The position numbers and the translations under genes were made by a program. Below the pieces are notes generated by a model. The model saw only the letters and a program-made list of their open reading frames with translations. It did no database searches and was not told the DNA's origin. From assembly GCA_028826165.1 (NCBI GenBank), contig JAPDFW010000114.1, positions 868,001 to 932,000 of the forward strand: 64,000 nucleotides of DNA, given 5' to 3'. The stretch comes from Anaeramoeba ignava BMAN (Eukaryota > Protista > Anaeramoebae). Positions 50,236 to 61,000 of the stretch are shown piece by piece (position 1 is the first letter of the stretch; the number at the start of each line of letters is the position of its first letter).

Positions 50236-53200
50236 GTGTCAAAAATTCAAAAAAATAATTTATTAAGTTGGATTTTTCCTTTTGATATTAATATTGGATT
50301 AGGAAATTTTGGAATAGCGTTTCCTCCTTCTTGGAGAATGACGCGTTCAAATCAAATAAATTTTTCATATCAAGCAAAAGAACCATTTAAAGTTATAAAC
50401 GAATTACCACTTGATCAAGAATCTGAAAAGGACACACTTGACAAAAAATCTTTATTAAATTTTGCAAATCCAAAATCATTATTTGTTTCTAATCAAATTG
50501 ATTATCTTGAAAGATATTTTCCAAAACTTCTTATTCCTCATGAAATTTTACAAAAAATGATTTTGGAGTCTCAAAAAGTGGAAGAAAATTTAAAGTTTCT
50601 TCGAGGAAATAATGTAGTTACAATTTCAACTAAAAAATCAAATTATGCTTTTTTTGTGCAAAGCTCATTTTCAAATGTAGTTGATTTTGGAATATTAGAA
50701 AAAAATCATTTTGTGAAAATTCAGAAATTGAAATTTAGTCATACAATTTATTCATTATCAACACTTTCAACTCCATCTGGAAAGTATTTTGTTGTTGTTC
50801 GTTCTTTAACTTCTATTGGAATAATTGAATTAATTGAAACAACTTATAAATCCATGGCTCAATGGATAAAAACCTTTTTTTTTCCTTCTTTTATTTCTGA
50901 TGTTTCTTTGAATCCTTTTTACCCAGAAATTGCTGTTCTTACTGAAAATAATGATATTTATATTTGGAAAAGTGGGGATTCAATGCTAAGATTTCATCTT
51001 CCAGAAATAAAAAAAAAGGAGGAAGAAAAATATATGAAAAAAAAGATACAGACAAAAGGGAGACAAAAAGGCAAAACGAAAAATTTGAAAAAAAGAAGGC
51101 ATTTTTATGAAAGCAATCTTTCCAGAATTAAGTGTCTTATTTATGGTTCTCATCCTCGAATTTTCATCATTTCAAATGGAAATTATGTTTATAAATTGGA
51201 TTTAAGAAAATCAAATTTGGATCCTAATCAAGATTTTGAACTCCCTTCAAATTTAACTTTTTTTGCTGAAAATCGTTCATTTAATCCTGAACAAATGACT
51301 ATTTTTATTGATTTTGAAGAACGTTTCAATCTTAATTTTTTGTTTGTTTCTGCAATGACAAGACATCCTATCGATAAATTTATTTTTACTATTGTTACAT
51401 CACTTCATGTTATTTTATGTGATGAACGTAATCCAAATGAGGTTTTGTTAATTTGGGATCATTATTTCCAACTTCCAGATATTCCAAAATTTGTTACAAT
51501 TTTAAATTTAGATTCAATGTTTACTGAAAGAAATGAAAGTGAAGATGAAAGTGAAAGTGAAGATGAAAGTGAAAGTGAATATCAAAGTGAAAATGAAAAT
51601 AATCAAAGTGAAAATAATGAAAATAATGAAAATAATGAAAATAATGAATATCAAAGCGAAAATAATGAAAATAATGAAAATAACGAAAATAATGAATATC
51701 AAAGTGAAAATAATGAAAATAATGAATATCAAAGTGAAAATAATCAAAGTGAAAATAATGAAAATAATGAATATCAAAGTGAAAATGAAAACGAAAATAA
51801 TCAAAGTGAAAATAATGAAAATAATCAAAATGAAAATAATGAATATCAAAGTGAAAATAATGAAAATAATGAAAATAATGAAAATAATGAAAATAATGAA
51901 AATAATGAAAATAATGAATATCAAAGTGAAAATAATCAAAGTGAAAATAATGAAAATAATGAATATCAAAGTGAAAATGAAAACGAAAATAATCAAAGTG
52001 AAAATAATGAAAATAACGAAAATAATGAATATCAAAGTGAAAATAATGAAAATAATCAAAGTGAAAATAATGAAAATAATCAAAATGAAAATAATCAAAG
52101 TGAAAATAATGAAAATAATGAAAATAATCAAAATGAAAATAATCAAAGTGAAAATAATGAAAATAACGAAAATAATGAATATCAAAGTGAAAATAATGAA
52201 AATAATGAAAATAATGAAAATAATGAATATCAAAGTGAAAATGAAAATAATGAAAATAATGAAAATAATGAAAATAATGAAAATAATGAAAATAATGAAA
52301 ATAATGAAAATAATCAAAGTGAAAATAATGAAAATAATGAAAATAATGAAAATAATGAAAATAATGAAAATAATGAAAATAATGAAAATAATGAAAATGA
52401 TATTGATATCGATTTTGAAAATGAAAATAATGAAAATAATGAAAATAATGAAAATGATATTGATATCGATTTTGAAAATGAAAATAATGAAAATGATGAA
52501 AATAATGAAAATGAAAGTGATATTTATATTGATGTTGATAGCGAAAATACAAGTACAAGTACAAGTAACAGTGATATTGATAGCGAAGATTCAAGTGAAA
52601 ATTCAAATTCAAATTCAAAATCAAGTGAAAATTCAAATTCAAAATCAAAATCAAGTGAAAGTGAAAGTGAAAGTGAAAGAAATATTCCAAATTACAAATA
52701 TTTACAATTCAATAAAGATATTTTTCAAAATAAAAGAACAAAATTTAAAGCAAAGCCAGAAGAAAACATCTTTTCATCAATTTTCTTCAGTAATTCAAAT
52801 CAAATTTTCCAACAAGATTCTGATATGGAAGAATCAAATGAAGAATCAAATAAAGAATCAAAAGATGAAAATGAAGATGAAAATGAAGATGAAGATGAAG
52901 AATTTCATTTAAACAATCCAGTTTCATATAATCTAATAATAGCATACACTTCAAATTCAAAAGAAATTATTTGCTTTCCTTATTGTGATAATTTATATGA
53001 TAAAATGAAAATGTTCAAATTAAAAGCACAATATTACAAATCTTATCCAATTGCTGTTGATATTCCTTTTAAAATTCCATGTTTTAATTCAAATTTAACA
53101 AAACCAAAAGATCCTTATGCTATTTCTTTATCAGGATTTTCAATTTTCCATTACATAAAAAATAAATTTATAATTATTTTAACTTCTTCTATTGGAGATG

Positions 53201-54285
53201 CTTTATCTCAAGTTGGCAAAATTCGAATTTCAAGAAATTGGGATTATAAAAGCGCAAAAAGAAAACTTAAAATCAAAGAAAAAGATAAAACTCTTTCTGA
53301 AATCAAGCCTTTTCAGATTCAACCTGAAAATAAAAATATTCTTCCTTACAGGAAAATATCACTTAAAGGAGTTCTAGAAAATTTTAAATTTTGGAAACCT
53401 ACTGAAAATGAAGAATTTCTGGAAAACTCATTAAAAATTGTGAATGATAATCAAAATTTTCAACATACAATGGCAGAATTTGCTTTTTTTCTTGAAAAAT
53501 CAGAAAATGTTGCATATAAATCAACACCTTATCTTAAAAAAATATTAAATCAAAGACAAATTCCTCGATTTTCTGTTTATGATTGGAAATCCAATTTTAA
53601 TTGGCAGAAAAGTTATAGGGAAGAAGAAAACAAAAGGGAAATTGAAGAAATGATTAATTTAACAAAAACTATTATTGAACCACCAGAAATTAAAGATTAT
53701 TCAAGTGAAAGTGATTGGAAACAAGAAAATGATCAAGAATCTGAAAAAGTATTGGATGATTTATTATTTTCATGGGAATTGCAAGACAAATCAAAATCAA
53801 AATTAAAATTACAATTAAAAGATGAATCAAAAAAAGAATCACAAAAAGAATCACAAAAAGAATCACAAGAAGAATCGGATCAAAAATTAGAACAAGAACT
53901 ACAAGAAGAATTTGGACAAGAATCACAAGAATCACAACAAGAATCACAACAAGAATCACAACAAGAATCACAACAAGAATCACAACAAAAACATGTTCAT
54001 TTTTCTCAACCTTTAAATTCTAATATTCAACAAAACACTCAACAAAATATTAGACAAACTTCTTTATCTCAACAAATTTTACCACCTTCTTTTCCTTTAA
54101 CAATATTCTCAGAATCACTTGATTTTCAAGCTCGTGAAGAACAACAAAATTTTAATCAATTTTCTCAATCACAAACTCAATCACAAACTTTATCACAAAC
54201 TCAATCACAAACTCAATCACAAACTCAATCACAAACTTTATCACAAACTAAAAAAAAAAGAAAAACTAGAAAGAAAGGATTTTAA
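50236..54285 (+). CDS. TAF1C/Rrn6-like RNA polymerase I core factor subunit with long N/E insertion
   Basis: YGSHPR, LCDERNPNEVLLIWDH, LLFSW, SQ-rich tail ending RKKGF fit TAF1C/Rrn6 as recalled; start codon uncertain (GTG 50236 vs ATG 50338). Confidence 0.68.
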   Translation: MSKIQKNNLLSWIFPFDINIGLGNFGIAFPPSWRMTRSNQINFSYQAKEPFKVINELPLDQESEKDTLDKKSLLNFANPKSLFVSNQIDYLERYFPKLLIPHEILQKMILESQKVEENLKFLRGNNVVTISTKKSNYAFFVQSSFSNVVDFGILEKNHFVKIQKLKFSHTIYSLSTLSTPSGKYFVVVRSLTSIGIIELIETTYKSMAQWIKTFFFPSFISDVSLNPFYPEIAVLTENNDIYIWKSGDSMLRFHLPEIKKKEEEKYMKKKIQTKGRQKGKTKNLKKRRHFYESNLSRIKCLIYGSHPRIFIISNGNYVYKLDLRKSNLDPNQDFELPSNLTFFAENRSFNPEQMTIFIDFEERFNLNFLFVSAMTRHPIDKFIFTIVTSLHVILCDERNPNEVLLIWDHYFQLPDIPKFVTILNLDSMFTERNESEDESESEDESESEYQSENENNQSENNENNENNENNEYQSENNENNENNENNEYQSENNENNEYQSENNQSENNENNEYQSENENENNQSENNENNQNENNEYQSENNENNENNENNENNENNENNEYQSENNQSENNENNEYQSENENENNQSENNENNENNEYQSENNENNQSENNENNQNENNQSENNENNENNQNENNQSENNENNENNEYQSENNENNENNENNEYQSENENNENNENNENNENNENNENNENNQSENNENNENNENNENNENNENNENNENDIDIDFENENNENNENNENDIDIDFENENNENDENNENESDIYIDVDSENTSTSTSNSDIDSEDSSENSNSNSKSSENSNSKSKSSESESESERNIPNYKYLQFNKDIFQNKRTKFKAKPEENIFSSIFFSNSNQIFQQDSDMEESNEESNKESKDENEDENEDEDEEFHLNNPVSYNLIIAYTSNSKEIICFPYCDNLYDKMKMFKLKAQYYKSYPIAVDIPFKIPCFNSNLTKPKDPYAISLSGFSIFHYIKNKFIIILTSSIGDALSQVGKIRISRNWDYKSAKRKLKIKEKDKTLSEIKPFQIQPENKNILPYRKISLKGVLENFKFWKPTENEEFLENSLKIVNDNQNFQHTMAEFAFFLEKSENVAYKSTPYLKKILNQRQIPRFSVYDWKSNFNWQKSYREEENKREIEEMINLTKTIIEPPEIKDYSSESDWKQENDQESEKVLDDLLFSWELQDKSKSKLKLQLKDESKKESQKESQKESQEESDQKLEQELQEEFGQESQESQQESQQESQQESQQESQQKHVHFSQPLNSNIQQNTQQNIRQTSLSQQILPPSFPLTIFSESLDFQAREEQQNFNQFSQSQTQSQTLSQTQSQTQSQTQSQTLSQTKKKRKTRKKGF

Positions 54286-54456
54286 AATTTTAAAATTTTG
54301 AAATGAAAAAATTTTGTATTTGTTTGATTTATTTCTTCTTAAAATCAATCAAAAAAAATCAATCAAAAAAAATCAATCAAAAAAAATCAATCAAAAAAAA
54401 TCAATCAAAAAAAAAAAAGAGAATGAACCAAAAAATTATTTCTGCTTTTTTTGTAT

Positions 54457-57400
54457 TTAAATTGGAATTTTATCTGGATTCCATGGAGGAACTAAACCTT
54501 GAGAAAGTAATGTTGTGAAAACATAAACTCCACCATGTTCATAAAGATCTTTTAAAATAAAACGAAATTAAAATTAAAATTAAAATTAGAAATTAAAATT
54601 AAAATTAAAATTAAAAATTAAAATTAAAATTATTTTGTTCTTTTATTTTTTATTTTACCTGGAGCACTTGCAAAAACAAATTCACCAGTTCCAGTTCCAT
54701 CAATACATTCACCAACAGGATTATTTCCATAACTAAAGAAGAGAAAAAATTTAAAATTTAATATTTTTATATTTTTATATTTTTATATTTTTATATTTTT
54801 ATATTTTTATATTTTTACGCTGAATGATCAACCATCCATTGAAGTCTTTCTAAAACAATTTGAGGAATAGAAATTAATTCATTTGAGTTTAATTCAAATT
54901 CACTCTAAAAAATTTTTTTTTAAATAAAAATCGGATAAAAATTTTTTATTATTATTTTTTGTTATTTTTTTATTAAAATTTTATTTACCATTGCAGTAAA
55001 CATTGTTACAACACTATAATTATAAATTTTAATAAAAGAAATTAATTTAAAATTAATCTAAAATTAATTTTTTTTGTTATTATAATTAAATAATTTACCC
55101 CCAAGGTGGTTCATAATCTCCAACTTCTTGACCACAAGCTAATAATCAAAAAATTTAAGAATAAATAAATAAATAAAATGAATAAAAAAATGAATAAATA
55201 AAAGGATAAATAATAAAAGGATAAATAAATAAAAGGATAAATAAAAGAACTTGTTTTGTTTAAATCTTTTTGAAAAATTACGATTATAAATTGAATTATA
55301 GAAAAATGGATCCTAAATTAAAATTAAAATTAAAATTAAAATTAAAATTAAAATTAAAATTAAAATTAATAAAAATAAATATTAAAATTAAAATTAAAAT
55401 TAAAATTTAAATTAAAATTAAAATTAAAATTAAAATTAAAATTAAAATTAAAATTAAAATTAAAATTAAAATTAAAATTAAAATTAAAATTAAAATTAAA
55501 ATTAAAATTAATTTAAAATTAAAATTAAAATTAAAATTAAAATTAAAATTAAAATTAAAATTAAAATTAAAATTAAAATTAAAATTAAAATAAAAATCAA
55601 AATTAAAATTAAAATTAAAATTCATTTATAAAATTAATGAAATTACTTTTGTATATCTTGCAATTCCATAAGTTTGATGAGTGAGACTATTAACTACCAT
55701 ATTAATTACTGATTGTTCAGTAGATAAACCAGTAAATATTGCAGCCATTGTTGAACTATCAACTCTTGTATCAGGAGATAAAGTATCACTCCACAATCCT
55801 CTATAAAAATAACCATTTTGACTATCCCATAAATGAGTTTCCATTGCTGATTTAATTTCTTGTGATCTTGCATATAATTTTGTACTTCTGTCTTGATTTC
55901 CAAGTGCATTTTCTATAATTGATGCTGATTTAAGACCTGCATAAGACATAGATTGTGAAAAAGTATAATATTGTGTTGGTAATGGATTTCCTGTATGAGG
56001 ATCAGAACTTTCTTCCTTTTTAATTTTAATTTTAATTTGTTATGTTTAATTTAGTTTAAATTTTATATATTTTCTTTCTTTCTTTTTTTGATAATTTTTG
56101 TTAAGAAAAAAACCCAAATTGAATAATCAGGAATTGCAAGATTATAAGACCCTTTGTCATTTAAAAAGAAATTTTCAATTGCTTCCATTCTTTGATAAAT
56201 TGGACTATTATTCTTTAAAAAGTTTGTATTACCAACTCTTGAGATATGATATAAAATGGATAAAAGGAACTATTAAAAAGAAAATTATTTAATATTAAAT
56301 TAAATTGAATTGAATTGAATTGAATTGAATTGAATTGAATATTGAATTGAATTGAATTGAATTGATTTGATTTGATTTGATTTGAATTTGAAATTGAATT
56401 AAATTGAATTGAATTGAATATTGAATTGAATTTGATTTGATTTGAAATTGAATTAAATATTTAATATTGAATTGAATATTGAATTAAATTGATATTGAAT
56501 TGAATTAAATTGAATTGATTTGATTTGATTTGATTTGATTTGTTTTGTTTTGTTTTGTTTTGTTTTGTTTTGTTTTGTTTTGTTTTGTTTTGTTTTGTTT
56601 TGTTTTGTTTTGATTTGAATTTGATTTGATTTGATTTGATTTGTTTTGTTTTGTTTGGTTTTGTTTTTGATTTGAAATTGAATTTATTTTAATCTTCTAA
56701 AATCAATACAGAAGCTGTTCCATCAATTTGAGGTTCAACAAAAGAAACAGGTTGTCCAGTAAAAACATCATAACAAGTATGGAAAAATCCATCACTTCTC
56801 AATTCAGCAGAAGCAGCCCAATTTAAGAAAAGTTCAGCCTCTGAGCTATAACCTGCAGCATCCAAAATCATAGCAGCAAAAACACCATCTCTTGACCAAA
56901 CTTTATAGCCATATAAAGGATGGAATGAAGCAGCAATAGTACCAACAGTTGGATTTTGAGCCATTTTAAGACCCAACAAAGAAATTTGGAACATTTCCAT
57001 TTCATCACTATTCAAATTATTAGGTTGAACACCTTGGCTAAGCCAATTTGCCAAGCTTTGCTTTGTTGATTGAATCAAACTTGACGCAGAAACACTTTGC
57101 ATTTGCTGAGCAAAACTGACAGCAGATTGAACATCAGGTTGAATAGAATAATACAAATAACGAGTAACGGATTGACCGGGGGCAAGAGTTACAGTGAAAA
57201 TGGAACCAAAAGATACCATGTTTGCCCACCAGTCACTTTGACTGTTTAAAATTCCGTTGTTGTTTTTGAAAACGTTCAACGGATTTGATCCGTCATTTTT
57301 GTCACCATTTCCAACGGAAAATTGATTTTTGTAAATGATTTCATTGTCAAGTGTGCCGGAAACCATGACTTTGGCGTCACAATAGGATTCATCAAAATAA

Positions 57401-57963
57401 AAGGCTTTGCTTGAGTTGTCAAACCAAGTGTGAGCGCAATTATAGTATTCAATTTTGCGATTTTCACTACTAACAACACCAGAAGTTGCGAAGTTAAGAA
57501 GAGTCACATATTCAGTTTCAGATCCAGTATTTTTAAGAATATATTCGACCAAAATAACGTCTTCTTCTGGTGGCATCCAATACGTCTTTTGCACACTAAC
57601 ATCAAGTGTATTTCCATCATATGTTGTGTATAATGTTGATAATGCTCCTGAAGTATCTAAAAAAACTCCCCCATTTGTTGGTCCAGAAAAAAGTTCCGGA
57701 TTTGTCCCGAAAATCTTGTTTGTTTTTAAAGCAAATGTTTCTGATGACATCACTGACTTCCCATATGAATCGTATGATGAATAGAAATTGTTGATTCCTG
57801 GATATCGTACTGCTGGTTCTTTTAAACAATTCTTTGCACTTGCCCAAGTCATCATTTGGTTTTTCCAATTGTTTAGCATAAATGATGGAAGTGCATTTGG
57901 TGAAGAAAGATATGAAAAAGTAAAAAGGAAAAGAAATAAAAATAATTTTGTGTAAGAAATCAT
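54457..57963 (-). CDS. Secreted glycoside hydrolase family 15 (glucoamylase/glucodextranase-like)
   Basis: Signal peptide; YKVWSRDG, PQIDG, SIW|EE catalytic motif across a splice, VGECID. Nine in-frame exons: 57963-56710, 56269-56114, 56015-55647, 55312-55282, 55138-55099, 55013-54989, 54904-54819, 54732-54659, 54548-54457. Confidence 0.88.
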
Positions 57964-57979
57964 TTTTTTGGATTAAAAA

Positions 57980-58037
57980 AATTGAAAAATGAAAAAATGA
58001 AAAAATGAAAAAATGAAAAATGAAAAAATGAAAAAAA
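57980..58037 (-). promoter_or_regulatory. Tandem TCATTTT initiator-like elements upstream of the GH15 gene
   Basis: About six AAAAAATG repeats on + strand (TCATTTT on -) just 5' of the ATG; the same motif precedes most start codons in the window. Confidence 0.55.
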
Positions 58038-58067
58038 TTTATTTCAAGTTATTTTATTTATTTCAAA

Positions 58068-61000
58068 CTAAAACATAGATATTTTTCCAAACATAAATTC
58101 TGAACCTCCATAATTTGATAAAAACTTAAATTCACAACAATCACCAAAAATATTAGAATCAAATTCATAATTCAAAACAGTTAAATGAGAAACACGAGGA
58201 ATAGAAACATTTGTTTCAAAAAAAGAATCAGGATTTAATAAAGAAGTTATTTTAAGATTAATTCCACAAACTTGAGACTTAGAACCTTCTTCTCCATGTT
58301 GAACCAGATATTGGAATCCTGATATTTTAATATAATCAAAGTTAATTTTCAATATTTTTCTTTCTTTTTGATATTCTGTTGTTTTTGGTTTAAGAAGTGA
58401 TTTTTTTATTTTATTTGATGTATTAAATAAAGCTAAATCTTGTTGTGATTTGAAAAATGGAAACTTATCATCTGCTTTAATTCCTGTTATTGTTATTTTT
58501 CCTAAATGTAAAATGGATTTTTTTGCTAATTCATGATTTTTGTATTCTTTTGGAATTTCTGGAAGTTCTAATATAAAAGATATAATTTGAACAGGTTCTG
58601 TTGTTGGAAAATTATATTTGAGTCTTTCAAAAGGTTTAATATATTTGATTTTTAAATTTTCTTGATTAATATCAATTTCTGAATTTTCTTGATTTCCTTG
58701 AATTGAATTTTGATTATTATTTTTATTATTATTTTTGATTATTATTTTCATTATTATTTTGATTATTATTTTCATTATTATTTTGATTATTATTTTCATT
58801 ATTTTCATTATTATTTTGATTATTATTTTGATTATTATTTTCATTATTATTTTGATTATTATTTTTATTATTATTTTCATTATTATTTTGATTATTATTT
58901 TGATTATTATTTTTATTATTATTTTTGATTATTATTTTGATTATTATTTTGATTATTATTTTGATTATTATTTTTATTATTATTTTGATTATTATTTTGA
59001 TTATTATTTTGATTATTATTTTTATTATTATTTTCGCTTGATTATTATTTTTGATTATTTTGATTATTATTTTGATTATTACATTTTCATTATTATTTTG
59101 ATTATTATTTTGATTATTATTTTCATTATTATTTTCATTATTATTTTGATTATTATTTTGATTATTATTTTCATTATTATTTTCATTATTATTTTTCATT
59201 GTTTCCAAGATAAGACTCTAAATTCCATTTATCAATTTGAAATAAATCTTGGAACTTTGATCCACAACTTATTGAAATACTTGGAATATCAAAAGAATTA
59301 TATCCAAGTGGATCAACATCAAGATAAAGAGTATCAATAATTGATTTGCACTCAAAACCAATCATAATTTCAATCTTCCTTTCCCCAATAGAAGAAAACC
59401 AATATTCATTTTCTACACCACATAAATCAAATAAAATGGATTGAATTGGAAGTGAATTTTCATCAGTTTGGACATGTGTTAAAATAAAAGCTCTTGGATA
59501 ACGAGAAATAATTTCAACATTGTTTTTTTCGTAAATATTATAAATATTCTCCTTTTTTTTATAAAATTCCTTTTGTAAATTTCGAATTGAATTTTGTGAT
59601 ATTCCTTTCCAAACAGGAATATCAACTTTATCTGTTGTACTTGCTAAAAATTGCATTAAATTTCTTCTCTTTTTTACATGATTGTTTTTTTGTGATTTGA
59701 TCTTTTGGAATTGTGAATGATAATAATTAATTTCGGTTAAAATTCCTCGACATTTTTTGCAAACTTGAAATAAACGATTTGGATCATATTCAATTATCTT
59801 TTGAAAAATAAAATTAATTTAAAAAAAATAAAAAATAAAAATAAAAATAAATTGATTTTTAATTAATAGATTTTTACATGTTCTTTCACTTTCGAAATGC
59901 ACTTGTTACAATAAAATTTACTACAGTATTTACATTGAAAAATACTAGTTGGTTTTTGGTTCTTGCATTTGGTATTTGAACATTTCTCCTTTTCAAATAA
60001 ATTGGAATATTCATTTGATTGTTCTTCATTTTGTAAATATATATCATCATAACTCTTTCGATTTAAATAATTTTCTATATCGAATTGCTTCATTTCCAAT
60101 TCTGAAAATGGATGAATTGCCTTAATTAGTCTATTTCTTTGCAAAACTGTAATTTGAAATGCTAATCTGATCACTTCTAATTTTAAGCAATTCAAAAAAC
60201 TAAGTTGAATTTTATTCTTATTTCCAAATTTCTGCAAGATATTTGTAACAAATTGTTGGTAAATTTTGGTCTGAATTAAAAAATTTTCTTGAGATGATTT
60301 TGCTAAAAATTGTTCAAATTGATTTTCTTGATTTTCTTCTTCCTCTTTTTTTATGGGAATAATTTCCTCAGAAATCAATTTTTTGGAATGAGAATCCAAA
60401 TAATTTAGAATTAAATCATGATGATTGTTATTATTATTATCGAGATTATCTCCAAAATTAAATTGATTTTCATTTTCTTCATTGATTTGTTTTGAAGTGG
60501 AAACATTTGTATCTAAAGATTCTGGTTCAATTTCATCAAATAAAATATCAAAATTTTTTTCTTTCAAAATATCATTTTGGAATTTATAATCATTTTCATT
60601 ATCAAATTCAAAAAGAGAATTATCAATTTTTGATTCCTTTTCGTTATCCATTTTCTTTTCAAATGTGTGGGCTTGATTATGAATATGTTCAATATTCAAA
60701 AGCACTTTTTCTGATGTTTTATGATTGTCAAAAGTATTAATCAAAAGTGTTTTAATTGAATCTGAGTGCCGATTTTTATCAAAAAGAAGAAAATCGTGGA
60801 AATAATTAGATGGTGGGATTAACTCGTGGATTCTTTCAATATAATTATTCATGTACAAATCATGTAAAATTTCTTGAGCTTTTTTGGGAGATTGAAATTC
60901 AAAAATTTCTCCAAAAACATCAATTTTTCCTATTGCTAATTTTGATTTTTGATTTGGTTGAAAAGTATCAAAAAATTTGATAAAAATCAATCTTTTAAAT

